The notes under the pieces are model-generated. The model saw only the letters and a program-made list of their open reading frames with translations, searched no databases and had not been told where the DNA came from. A stretch of 64,000 nucleotides of DNA from a virus: IMG/VR virus record IMGVR_UViG_3300018421_000015, positions 22,300-86,299 of that record; one strand, 5' to 3'. Every line of letters starts with the position of its first letter. Position 1 is the stretch's first letter. Positions 9,385 through 18,502 of the stretch are shown one piece after another. The position numbers and the translations under genes are program-made.

Positions 9385-10484
9385 TTGTTATAACACCAGA
9401 TATTCAAAATTCCTACTATGATAACCGCCTGTACAAAACTCCCGTAAAAGATAATCCTGCGGCTTATAGTAGGCTGAAGAATTTTATGAACTTATTTGAA
9501 TTTATTCCAAATACTTCTATTCTATCTGATACTCTTCTTCCTCCTGGAATACTTTACGCTGACAATTCTGTTGTTGTTTACGAAAAGCCTCCTTGTGTTA
9601 AAAATTATTTTCACATACATGCTCAAGTAGATTCTATTAACGAAGATAATATTGATGAACAATCTATATATTCTTTGCCCATTCCTTGGCAGGTTTATGT
9701 AGTAAAATACGGTTCTCATTCTGATGAAATGTACATAGAAGATGTATACATGTACTTTTCTAACTCAAGTATACAGTCTTTTGATCAGCCTGTATATCTT
9801 CCCCCTATAACTAATTTCTATGCTAACGGCAAGCTTTGCCGACCATATTTTGATAGCATGTCTGATGTTATTGTTCCTAACAATAATCTTCCTGGGCTTG
9901 TTGAACTTTCCTACAATTGGGTTTGGAATTCTGGCTACAACGCTGACCTTACAGAATCTGTTATGCAATCTTTTGTATGGGGCTATGCTAGATCTAAAAA
10001 GTTATTTCCCGATATTAGCAGTTCTATAAGGTACAATCCCTTAACAAATTATTATTGTTCAAACGAAGCTTCTCATAACTTTTTCCGTGCGTGGGAGAAA
10101 ATTTCTATCGACAATATTCTTTTTACAAACTGGTTTCCTCCTCATACCGCTGAAAGATATCACGTATATTACAACAATGTCTTTAATAACAATCGTGTTG
10201 ATTGGAGTCTTCATAATATGTCTGCTCTTTCTATTTCTGATGCATGTTGTGAAGACTGTCAGTATTACGACGAAGACGGAGATCCTGTAGAAGATACTTG
10301 TAGCTACGAAGATTGCTCTTGCCACTCTGAAGTTGTTTTTAACATTGATAATACTTATCAACTTCTTCGCGATTGTGGCGCCTTTGATTTCACTTCTTCC
10401 CTTAGGAAAATGATCTCTACTATTAATACTGGTTCTGTATCTCTTGATTTTAATTTCAGAGATCCTCTATTAATTGCCGGTTAA
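9381..10484 (+). CDS. Prokaryotic E2-like (Prok-E2_D/PRTRC-B-like) domain protein, paralogue 2
   Basis: VYEKPP...LPIPW...YLPPITNFYANGKLC...WNSGYNADL, plus an acidic Cys-rich tail. Confidence 0.72.
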   Translation: MIVITPDIQNSYYDNRLYKTPVKDNPAAYSRLKNFMNLFEFIPNTSILSDTLLPPGILYADNSVVVYEKPPCVKNYFHIHAQVDSINEDNIDEQSIYSLPIPWQVYVVKYGSHSDEMYIEDVYMYFSNSSIQSFDQPVYLPPITNFYANGKLCRPYFDSMSDVIVPNNNLPGLVELSYNWVWNSGYNADLTESVMQSFVWGYARSKKLFPDISSSIRYNPLTNYYCSNEASHNFFRAWEKISIDNILFTNWFPPHTAERYHVYYNNVFNNNRVDWSLHNMSALSISDACCEDCQYYDEDGDPVEDTCSYEDCSCHSEVVFNIDNTYQLLRDCGAFDFTSSLRKMISTINTGSVSLDFNFRDPLLIAG

Positions 10485-10487
10485 CAC

Positions 10488-10516
10488 TTGATTTAATACT
10501 TATTTTGTGCTACTAT
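10488..10516 (+). promoter_or_regulatory. sigma70/SigA-type promoter
   Basis: TTGATT-N17-TACTAT with a TGTG extension. Confidence 0.65.
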
Positions 10517-10549
10517 ATATTTATATAAACTTAAATAAGGGTAGATAAA

Positions 10550-10849
10550 ATGAGTAAAAATCAATACTCAGAACCTAGTTTTACTAGGTCTGAAGTCGCA
10601 GAAATACTCAATGTCACTACGTTGACTATTTCTAATAGAGAAAAAAATAACAAGTATCCTCCCCCAAGAAGAGATCTAAACAACTATAGAATATATACTT
10701 TGAATGATGTTTTTAATCTTCAACTTATAACATATAGTTCTATAGATCCAAAACCAATTATATCAATCTTATATGACAAAGGATATAACGACATCAAACA
10801 ACTTGGCAAAATGATAGACTTAGCACTATCTAAAAGAACAGGTGGTTGA
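10550..10849 (+). CDS. MerR-type HTH DNA-binding protein
   Basis: FTRSEVAEILNVTTLTISNREK...RDLNNYRIYTLNDV. Confidence 0.85.
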   Translation: MSKNQYSEPSFTRSEVAEILNVTTLTISNREKNNKYPPPRRDLNNYRIYTLNDVFNLQLITYSSIDPKPIISILYDKGYNDIKQLGKMIDLALSKRTGG

Positions 10850-10852
10850 TAA

Positions 10853-11089
10853 ATGGCGGAGCATACAAATACTAGTGATTCAGATTATAAACTAGTTGAA
10901 GATGTACCGGATATGGTATCTACTGACACTGTCACCGATATCAAGAATGGTATATATAATTTGTTTATAAATCTTTATCGCTCACAAATACCTCAATTTG
11001 GACCTGAAGGTGCAATGAGAGAATCAATAGAATTTTTAGAAGAAATAGCCTTTAACTTTAAGGCTGCAGTAGATAACAAGGAGACATAA
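10853..11089 (+). CDS. hypothetical protein
   Basis: ORF track. Operon-coupled. Confidence 0.7.
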   Translation: MAEHTNTSDSDYKLVEDVPDMVSTDTVTDIKNGIYNLFINLYRSQIPQFGPEGAMRESIEFLEEIAFNFKAAVDNKET

Positions 11090-11526
11090 TGCTTGATCCT
11101 CAAAATATGGTAAGCATTTCGGGTGGCTTAGTTGCTGATCCCGAAATGGTTGCTAGTGGTAAGATCATGAAATCACGTATTGGCGTTGACTATTCAGGTT
11201 CTGAGAAAGATTCAGATAACAACTCAGGCTATTTTGATGTTGTCTACTACCTCAAGGACAAAGATGGTTACACCTGCAAGAACGCAGGTTTTGTTGATAA
11301 TCAGATTTCTAGCGGCAAAATGAAGAAGGGTACCAGCGTTTCAATTGTTGGTCGCCTTGTTCAGGAGCGCTGGAAGCAAGATGGCAGCTCTCGCTCAAAG
11401 GTTGTTATTGTTATTGAGCACATGTCGTATGGTGCTCGTGCAGGTAAGTCCTCTGATTCCTCATCAGCTTCGTCTTCAAACAGTTCTTCAACTGATAACT
11501 CAGCTTCAATTCCTTCAAGCTTCTGA
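11089..11526 (+). CDS. ssb: single-stranded DNA-binding protein
   Basis: OB-fold signature: ISGGLVADPE, GYFDVV, KKGTSVSIVGRLVQERW...RSKV. Ser-rich tail ending in F. Confidence 0.9.
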   Translation: MLDPQNMVSISGGLVADPEMVASGKIMKSRIGVDYSGSEKDSDNNSGYFDVVYYLKDKDGYTCKNAGFVDNQISSGKMKKGTSVSIVGRLVQERWKQDGSSRSKVVIVIEHMSYGARAGKSSDSSSASSSNSSSTDNSASIPSSF

Positions 11527-12263
11527 TGGATGATGAATTTAACGAAGAAGAACTAGATAAACTTATAGAGTACGCTTTAGGTAAATCAGAATCAGCTAAT
11601 CCCTTTGTAAACTCAGGCTTACATTTGGGACTTGCTGAATCCGAAACCTTATCTAAACTCCATAATTCTTTATCTAAGAGATTCGTTGAATCTGAAGTAA
11701 ATGATATATTCCAAGAAGTTCGTGGTGAATTAAATAATTCTACTTTTAGACTTGATCTGAAATCAATACATACTGTTGCTAGAAATTGCAATAAATGTTC
11801 TATTTCAGCTCAAGCTGAACTTCCTAAATGGAATCTGCAAAACCCAGACATAGTTGTCGTAATAGATTCGCCATCACTACCTTCTGAAGCTATAGCTGTA
11901 ATGCTTAACGCTTTTAAAAATGCTGGCTTATCATCTGATCAACTATGTTTAACATATGTTAACAGATGTCCTGCACAAAGAAAATATGAACCGCAAGAAG
12001 TAATGAACTGCACTCCATATTTGCATTCAGAACTAATTGCTTTTAATCCTAAATTAATTCTTTGCTTGGGCGGAACTCCAACTACAGCTGTATTTGGAGC
12101 ACCCGCAAAGTCCCTTAAAGATTTTAGGGGACAAGTTACCTGGTTAGGTAGCTGGCCTATTATGGCAACCTATTCTCCCATGTACGTTTTACGAGCCGGT
12201 GAGTCTGCCCAGCAGGCGTTTGTTAATGACATAATTACATCCAGAAATTTTATAAATTCATAA
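11526..12263 (+). CDS. Uracil-DNA glycosylase family 4-like protein (degenerate active site)
   Basis: CNKC, YVNRCP, CTPYLHSEL, PKLILCLG, RGQ, ATYSP. The Fe-S cysteines are kept and the catalytic motifs are altered. Confidence 0.8.
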   Translation: MDDEFNEEELDKLIEYALGKSESANPFVNSGLHLGLAESETLSKLHNSLSKRFVESEVNDIFQEVRGELNNSTFRLDLKSIHTVARNCNKCSISAQAELPKWNLQNPDIVVVIDSPSLPSEAIAVMLNAFKNAGLSSDQLCLTYVNRCPAQRKYEPQEVMNCTPYLHSELIAFNPKLILCLGGTPTTAVFGAPAKSLKDFRGQVTWLGSWPIMATYSPMYVLRAGESAQQAFVNDIITSRNFINS

Positions 12264-12270
12264 GGAAATC

Positions 12271-12663
12271 ATGTCAACAGACGTTTGGACAAAAAACTAT
12301 ATCAGAGATTTATCTGAGGCAGAACTTGAAAAATTTCAAGAAATGGTTTCAGATAATGTTAAGGGCTCTTCTTCATCTGAAGAAAGAACTATCCTTAATA
12401 ACAACTTAGAGCTATGGCTTTATTGCCTACAAGTTATGAGACGAGATGTTGAGCTTAAGCTTTCTCGTTTCAAAACTAACTTTAAGATTAAACTTTCTCA
12501 GCTTCAAGAAGCAGGTTCTTCTCATAGGCACATAGAAGACATGCGAATCGCTGAAGAAAAGTGGCGCAGCAATGCCATGAAGTTTTTGAACTCCGTTGAA
12601 AAGAAAATGTTGTACGTCAAACTTATGTTGGACGAAGAAGAAATTATAGATGAAGAAGAATGA
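12271..12663 (+). CDS. hypothetical helical protein
   Basis: ORF track. AAGGA RBS. Confidence 0.7.
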   Translation: MSTDVWTKNYIRDLSEAELEKFQEMVSDNVKGSSSSEERTILNNNLELWLYCLQVMRRDVELKLSRFKTNFKIKLSQLQEAGSSHRHIEDMRIAEEKWRSNAMKFLNSVEKKMLYVKLMLDEEEIIDEEE

Positions 12664-13132
12664 AGATCATTTAATATACAATTTAGAAAATCTTCATATG
12701 ATTGAATCTACTCATGATGAAGAAGATTCATTCTACATATACAACAATTATCAAAATGTACATGAAAATTATCTAAATTATGTCTACCCCAAAATAGACA
12801 TTAGTATTGTTCAGTCTATATTTAATGACTATTGCTTATTCTACGGACGAATTCAAGAGACCTTAAATTCTCCGTCTCATAACTCACCTTTTCCTCTTGG
12901 CGTTATAAGATTTATGATCGATGCAGATCTCAACTGCAATAAATACTATACGCCCAAAAGAAAACCCGGCTGGGTTGTAGAGGGATACTTCTGGACAAAT
13001 GGTTTTGTCCGTAGAATAAGAGAAGACAAAACAAAAGATTTTCAAGTACATGAGATATCTTGTTTACTTCATCCTACTACAGCTCATTTTATGAACCTTT
13101 CTTTGCCGGAGAAATATGCAACAGCCAATTAA
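12650..13132 (+). CDS. hypothetical protein
   Basis: ORF track. Overlaps its neighbours. Confidence 0.65.
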   Translation: MKKNEDHLIYNLENLHMIESTHDEEDSFYIYNNYQNVHENYLNYVYPKIDISIVQSIFNDYCLFYGRIQETLNSPSHNSPFPLGVIRFMIDADLNCNKYYTPKRKPGWVVEGYFWTNGFVRRIREDKTKDFQVHEISCLLHPTTAHFMNLSLPEKYATAN

Positions 13133-13382
13133 AGATTACAAGTTTTTTAAAGCTGATTCTAGCTTTATAAAAGCCGTTATATGGAACATCAATACGGAAA
13201 CTTTAGCCGTTATATTTTCTAGCGGATCCATATGGGTATACTATAATGTGCCGGAAAATGTTTACGACGAACTAGAATCAGCTGAATCAACAGGAAAATA
13301 TTTTAATACTACCATCAGAGACGTTTACCAATCAGAAAAAGTAAACGATAAGCTGAAGAAAACTCAGACCGCTGATGGCTAA
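13116..13382 (+). CDS. KTSC domain protein
   Basis: SSFIKAVIW...LAVIFSSGSIWVYYNVPENVYDELESAESTGKYFNTTIR. Confidence 0.9.
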   Translation: MQQPIKDYKFFKADSSFIKAVIWNINTETLAVIFSSGSIWVYYNVPENVYDELESAESTGKYFNTTIRDVYQSEKVNDKLKKTQTADG

Positions 13383-13563
13383 GAAGAAAAAAAGGAATAA
13401 GAAAAGACATTACTTGTCCGAATGGGATGGACATTTCTTTGGAAACTCTTCATATGGCTATGGTGGATTCTCTCTTTACTCTACCAAGCCGGAAGATATT
13501 CACAAAATTGCCACAGAAGTTTTCGGACAAACTTACTATGTAGACTTCACTGAATCTTCCTGA
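13375..13563 (+). CDS. small hypothetical protein
   Basis: ORF track. Basic N-terminus. Confidence 0.6.
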   Translation: MAKKKKRNKKRHYLSEWDGHFFGNSSYGYGGFSLYSTKPEDIHKIATEVFGQTYYVDFTESS

Positions 13564-13569
13564 TATAAT
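13561..13569 (+). promoter_or_regulatory. extended -10 promoter, probably leaderless
   Basis: TGATATAAT lies 7 nt upstream of ATG 13577. Confidence 0.5.
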
Positions 13570-13576
13570 ATTGGGG

Positions 13577-13894
13577 ATGAAAAAAGTCGTATATTCCCCT
13601 TCTAATAAAAAAAATATTGTACATACAAAAAAAGATTCTTCTGTAACTAATAAGAAAATCTACACTATAGTATGGCGAGATGCCTATTCGAGCGAAGACA
13701 TATGGTATTCAGAAGATGAACACGATAATTCTGACTACTTAGTAGAAACAACAGGATACCTAATAGAATCTCCTGAATCTAATCCTAACTACTACACAAT
13801 AGCTTCTACCATAACTCAGTCTGGGAACTTTTGCTCTGTAATTAACATACCAAAAGATATGGTAGTCACAAAAACAAGACTAGTTAGGAATTGA
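13577..13894 (+). CDS. hypothetical phage protein
   Basis: IVWRDA...TTGYL...IPKDMV pattern. Confidence 0.7.
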   Translation: MKKVVYSPSNKKNIVHTKKDSSVTNKKIYTIVWRDAYSSEDIWYSEDEHDNSDYLVETTGYLIESPESNPNYYTIASTITQSGNFCSVINIPKDMVVTKTRLVRN

Positions 13895-13895
13895 C

Positions 13896-14117
13896 ATGAA
13901 CCAACCGTGTAATATAGAAGATGCTCTCGCACACGCAGTTCCAGGACCAGTAACATCTTATATTGTCGTTGCCGCTTACATAGATGAATACGGTGAAACA
14001 ATACTGTACGCCGATTCGCCAAACAACCAACCTATACATTCCTCAATGGGATTGTTAGAATTTGGAAAAATATACTTACATAATAAAGTATCAAGAATTA
14101 TTGATGATATTATATAA
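13896..14117 (+). CDS. hypothetical protein
   Basis: ORF track. Confidence 0.65.
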   Translation: MNQPCNIEDALAHAVPGPVTSYIVVAAYIDEYGETILYADSPNNQPIHSSMGLLEFGKIYLHNKVSRIIDDII

Positions 14118-14137
14118 GTATACATGTAGGAGTCCAA

Positions 14138-14563
14138 ATGAAAGAAACACTGACTTGCACTCAGTGCGAGAAACGATGGAGAAGAGAAAGATCTCGCGGA
14201 AGAAAACCGCATCTTTGCCCTAAATGCACAAAGGCTGCAGCCAATATACAACCAAAGAAAAAAGCTGTCGTTGAAGTAGCAGAAGTTTCAAAGAAGAAAA
14301 AATTCCGTAAGGTAGAACCTAAACGAATCGAAGTAAAAGCTTCTGATCAAAAAGATGATAGCCCACAAGAGCTTAGTGTTGGCAAAGTGCTTAGCTATTA
14401 TCACCCAACTGATGAGAAGCTTAGAGAGCAAACCAAAGGTGGATCTCAATGGAAATGTAGATGCGGCTACATCTTTGAAACTAAATTTTCTCTCACTGCT
14501 GTTCCTACACACAAGTGTACCGAGAACGGCAAATCAATACCAATGACCCGTACAGACAAATGA
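14138..14563 (+). CDS. basic Zn-ribbon protein
   Basis: CTQC...RGRKPHLCPKC and CRC...HKC. AGGAG RBS. Confidence 0.75.
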   Translation: MKETLTCTQCEKRWRRERSRGRKPHLCPKCTKAAANIQPKKKAVVEVAEVSKKKKFRKVEPKRIEVKASDQKDDSPQELSVGKVLSYYHPTDEKLREQTKGGSQWKCRCGYIFETKFSLTAVPTHKCTENGKSIPMTRTDK

Positions 14564-14775
14564 CATATATACAAAATACAATAATTGTATGTGACTTCTG
14601 CTGTCAAGAAGAAGTATTCGATGGCCTTACGCAAGGTCAAGCATTTAGGCTACTAGAACCACGAGGCTGGAAGTATTATCCAGACACTCAAAGCCACTAC
14701 TGTAGCCGTACATGCTCAGCTAATGACAGAACAGTCACATACAACGATTCCAATCAAATAACAACCCAACCATAG
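14560..14775 (+). CDS. small Zn-finger protein
   Basis: CDFC...GW...HYCSRTC. Confidence 0.65.
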   Translation: MTYIQNTIIVCDFCCQEEVFDGLTQGQAFRLLEPRGWKYYPDTQSHYCSRTCSANDRTVTYNDSNQITTQP

Positions 14776-14791
14776 TACATTAAGGATTACA

Positions 14792-15175
14792 ATGTCGTTC
14801 GGCAGACATACTAGATATAATGGTAATCACAACAACCTTAGCTTATCAATAGGTGCTATCAACACCGAAGAGCGTGAAAAAATACGCTCAATCAACATAA
14901 AGTACAACTCCAGACCTTACCTTATGTTGACATATGCCAAGATGAATGCACCAAACTATGTTTCCGTCGAAGACGCAATATCTATCAATCCAAATAAATT
15001 CAAAGGTCGAGACGCCGTACCCAGCGCAAAAAACAGGACACTAGAAAACCTGTACAAACACGGACTCATAGAAGAAAACCCCGACGACCCACAAGAATTT
15101 CGCATTACACACTTTGGAATAAAGTACCTTTACGCTAAACATTATTTTAGATATAGAAAAAAAACAAATGCTTAA
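14792..15175 (+). CDS. hypothetical protein (possible winged helix)
   Basis: LENLYKHGLI...FRITHFGIKYL resembles a wHTH wing. Confidence 0.6.
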   Translation: MSFGRHTRYNGNHNNLSLSIGAINTEEREKIRSINIKYNSRPYLMLTYAKMNAPNYVSVEDAISINPNKFKGRDAVPSAKNRTLENLYKHGLIEENPDDPQEFRITHFGIKYLYAKHYFRYRKKTNA

Positions 15176-15347
15176 CACATAAAGGAAACAATGCTGGCAA
15201 TAATCAGACAAAAACTTATATTATTTTTTAGATCTATTATTGTCAAAGTAAAGAGTTTCACCGAACTCCTAAGAGTATGCGAACAAGTTGCAACGCTACT
15301 TGTAATCCTCATAACCTATACTCTCAAACCCATTTAAGGAGACCATC

Positions 15348-15818
15348 ATGGGAATGGACGTCTACGGTAAAAACCCCACCTCAGAAAAAGGGGAATACTT
15401 CCGCAACAACGTATGGTGGTGGCGACCGCTATGGAACTATTGTTGTCTAGTTGATCCAGAGTTAGACCAAAAAGTACCATACGGTCACTCCAACGACGGA
15501 GACGGACTAGACTCCGAAGGCGCAAAAGAACTAGGGATAAAACTTCAAGCAGAGATCATCACAGGACGCGCCCTGACCTACGTAGAACAGTACGAAAAAG
15601 CACGCCAAGCCATACCAAAAGAAGACTGTAAATACTGCGACGAAAACGGTGAACGTACCTGGCAACAAGAAAACGGTGAACCCTACACCAAAATATGTAA
15701 CGCATGTAGCGGAACAAAAAAGGTAGATTCATGGGAAGTACACTACCCAATGAACCTAGAAAACATAAAAGAATTCTCAGAATTCCTACTAGAATCCGGA
15801 GGATTCCAAATATGTTAA
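15348..15818 (+). CDS. conserved-type hypothetical phage protein with Zn-finger insert
   Basis: MGMDVYG, YFRNNVWWWRPLW, CKYC/CNACSG, EFSEFLLESGGFQIC. Confidence 0.8.
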   Translation: MGMDVYGKNPTSEKGEYFRNNVWWWRPLWNYCCLVDPELDQKVPYGHSNDGDGLDSEGAKELGIKLQAEIITGRALTYVEQYEKARQAIPKEDCKYCDENGERTWQQENGEPYTKICNACSGTKKVDSWEVHYPMNLENIKEFSEFLLESGGFQIC

Positions 15819-16462
15819 GCTTCTTCGCAGCCACAACAACAAGTCTATGGCCTAGAATAAAAAAAATTTTACGCCGCGATTTTTCAAGGCATGATGTGGG
15901 TGAGCCGGAGAAGTTCAAACAGTTCAATGTCAAAGATGAACTCAAAGAACTTCCAGTAACATCAATACGTAGCTGGCAACAGGGTCATTCTATTCCTTAC
16001 TCTGTGGCCATGTACAATACGGTAAGAGATTTCAATCTAGCTTCAGTCATACGTAACGCTTCAGCGTTTGCCATCCAGGAAATAAATATTATAGGATGGA
16101 AAAAATATGATAAGCGTGGGGCTGTTGGTGCTTATAACTACGTTAAAATAAATCACTTTGTTGATTTTGACGCTTTCTCTCGTTATATCAGCCCTCACAA
16201 TCTTGTGGCTTTAGAGCTTCCAGAACACTACCCAAATGTTCCTGACGCAGCTTTTATGGAGCTTTCAAACTTTGAATGGCGTCCTGGCTACTGTTTATTA
16301 ATAGGCGAAGAGGGAGCCGGTATACCAGAAGATGATCTTCGCAAATGTTTTCATAAAGTAAAAATAACTATACCAGGATCAATGAGATCTTTAAATGCAG
16401 CTACTGCTGCTGGTATTGCAATGTACAGTGCAAGTCGATCAAACGTGAGGGAATATGTCTAG
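15812..16462 (+). CDS. SpoU/TrmH-family (SPOUT) RNA 2'-O-methyltransferase
   Basis: NLASVIRNA, IGEEGAGI, IPGSMRSLNAATAAGIAMY. GGAGGA RBS before ATG 15812. Confidence 0.9.
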   Translation: MLSFFAATTTSLWPRIKKILRRDFSRHDVGEPEKFKQFNVKDELKELPVTSIRSWQQGHSIPYSVAMYNTVRDFNLASVIRNASAFAIQEINIIGWKKYDKRGAVGAYNYVKINHFVDFDAFSRYISPHNLVALELPEHYPNVPDAAFMELSNFEWRPGYCLLIGEEGAGIPEDDLRKCFHKVKITIPGSMRSLNAATAAGIAMYSASRSNVREYV

Positions 16463-16700
16463 TCCACAGTATCAAAAACTTACTGATCAAGATAAAGATT
16501 GGAAGCTTAAATACTACTCTTTCTTAAAGGGCGCTAAAATAATCAATGTAGAAATATTTGAAGACGACCTTTTTACTGGCACTGATCAGAATTGGCCTGT
16601 AATCATTATAGAGAAAAATGGTCAAACATTTGAACTTCAGCTTTCTCGCGATGAAGAAGGCAATGGTCCAGGCTTTATGTTTGGTCTTCCCTATGTCTAG
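16455..16700 (+). CDS. hypothetical phage protein
   Basis: LSRDEEGNGPGF motif. Confidence 0.7.
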   Translation: MSSPQYQKLTDQDKDWKLKYYSFLKGAKIINVEIFEDDLFTGTDQNWPVIIIEKNGQTFELQLSRDEEGNGPGFMFGLPYV

Positions 16701-16890
16701 ATTCGATAAAACACCTACTAGAGCAGAAGAATATTTTGAACTTAAGGACTGGCTCCAATCTTCTGCTGAGCATGCGCGCTCTGTTCTTCGTGGAGATGAA
16801 CCTCTTGACAAAGAGGCTTATGAGAATCTATACTATGCTTTAATGGATTTAGCAGACTGGTACAGGATAGATCTCATATATGATACGTAA
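16693..16890 (+). CDS. hypothetical protein
   Basis: ATG 16693 overlaps the previous stop. Confidence 0.6.
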   Translation: MSRFDKTPTRAEEYFELKDWLQSSAEHARSVLRGDEPLDKEAYENLYYALMDLADWYRIDLIYDT

Positions 16891-17107
16891 AAACTACGGA
16901 GAACTTACTCCACATCAAGTAGACAAAGCTCGTGATGCGTGGCTTGATCCTGGTAATCTTTTTGATGAACAAGAACATCATGAAGACTGCGAAGATGAAG
17001 ACTGCGAAGGCGATTGTGTTGAAATTGGCGAACCAGACTGGGGCCAGATAATACAAGATCGAGAAGATTACGAGGCAGATAGGTGGCTAGATAATAATGG
17101 ATACTGA
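16880..17107 (+). CDS. small acidic protein
   Basis: HHEDCEDEDCEGDC, a possible metal site. Confidence 0.65.
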   Translation: MIRKNYGELTPHQVDKARDAWLDPGNLFDEQEHHEDCEDEDCEGDCVEIGEPDWGQIIQDREDYEADRWLDNNGY

Positions 17108-17267
17108 AGTTAATGATGAAAACTGGAATCATTTTTTCGTGACAGAAATTGATGACGCATACTGGGAAAGCCTGTTGCATTGGGTTGATCTCAATATAGA
17201 TTCTCTTGAGTACGCACTTTATGATGATTATCAAGAACCATTTAACGATAGACTGGAGGACTCATGA
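17097..17267 (+). CDS. small acidic hypothetical protein (not in ORF track)
   Basis: 56-aa ORF MDTEVNDENW...RLEDS, overlapping both neighbours. Confidence 0.55.
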   Translation: MDTEVNDENWNHFFVTEIDDAYWESLLHWVDLNIDSLEYALYDDYQEPFNDRLEDS

Positions 17268-17710
17268 AAGATAGGTTTAAAAAGACAAAACCTGATTCTT
17301 ACTCAGATGTAATTAAAACATCTCCCTACAAAAGCTCTTCTTATGATCCAAGAACTTTTGGTTCCAAAAACTACTCAGATACTTTTTTTAAAATGAAAAA
17401 GACTCCTTTAGAAGAAGTTATTGAACTTCGTGATATTTTAAGATCTGCCTATGCAAATAGGCCATCTGATGGTCATATAGAAAAAGTTCTTACTCACGCT
17501 CTTGCTGAAATCACTAATCTTGAAAAGAAGATTCAACGTCTTGAAAAAGATTTGGATGAAGCTAATAAAGATTTAATTGAAATACAAGTTGGTGACGAAA
17601 CTGTTGTTATAAATGGCGATCTAGCATCACAGGTTATTTCTTCTGGTGTTAAAAAATATATCACAGAAGCTTTGGAGGCTTATTGTGACTCTCAAACCGT
17701 TCAAGAATAA
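17264..17710 (+). CDS. hypothetical coiled-coil protein
   Basis: GGAGG RBS. ORF track. Confidence 0.7.
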   Translation: MKDRFKKTKPDSYSDVIKTSPYKSSSYDPRTFGSKNYSDTFFKMKKTPLEEVIELRDILRSAYANRPSDGHIEKVLTHALAEITNLEKKIQRLEKDLDEANKDLIEIQVGDETVVINGDLASQVISSGVKKYITEALEAYCDSQTVQE

Positions 17711-17909
17711 CATTGGTCCTTCTGGCGAAAAACCAGGTGACAGAATACAGCTAAGATTTACAAATGATCAGTACACCACCTTAAAACCTGGTGACAAAGG
17801 TACCGTAAACTTTGTAGATGATTACGGCACTGTACATATAAACTGGGATGAAGGATCTACATTAGGTCTTGTTCCTGATCACGATAAATGGATGGTTATA
17901 TCAAAATGA
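17685..17909 (+). CDS. DUF4314-like protein
   Basis: PGDRIQL..TND....PGDKGTVNFVDDYGTVHINWDEGSTLGLVP..D. Confidence 0.8.
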   Translation: MTLKPFKNNIGPSGEKPGDRIQLRFTNDQYTTLKPGDKGTVNFVDDYGTVHINWDEGSTLGLVPDHDKWMVISK

Positions 17910-18103
17910 TAGAGAACCTTATTTGCCCAAGGTGTGAGGGCCTAGTACCTAATAACGGCTCTCCTGGAGCATATCCGGGGGCTCTCAGCAGGACTGACAA
18001 CAATACAGAGATATGCTCTAGGTGTGGTGAAATGGAAGCCCTAGAAGAAATGATGTGGGGATCTCCCCTTCCTCAAACAGATTGGATTATTAACAATATA
18101 TGA
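17906..18103 (+). CDS. small Zn-ribbon phage protein
   Basis: CPRC...GALSRTDN.TEICSRCG..EALE. Confidence 0.75.
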   Translation: MIENLICPRCEGLVPNNGSPGAYPGALSRTDNNTEICSRCGEMEALEEMMWGSPLPQTDWIINNI

Positions 18104-18502
18104 TTACCATTCTGTACATCATGGCATTTATAACATTGTTATCTGTAATTGGTTTTCTCTCAGTTACAATAACACTTATATTACATGAAGCTTACCAGCA
18201 TACTATTTCTTTCTTTAGGCGTTATCGCTATAGGAAAACAAAATGAGGTTAAATAAAGGTCAACCTTTGTGGTTGCCAGAAATGATATGCCCGAAATGCC
18301 AGGTTGCTTGGTCTCCAACTTTAACGTTACTATGTTGGATATGCAATGAACAAGGAGTCCCTAAATGAAAATAATAGGATATACAGTATTGGTTTTTGCT
18401 TTCATATTGAGCATACCAGTCCTACTGTGGGCTGGCGCCTGATTTTTTTGTACATACAAAATATTATTTAATATGGTATTTTTTTTCAAATAGAGCCTTA
18501 GG

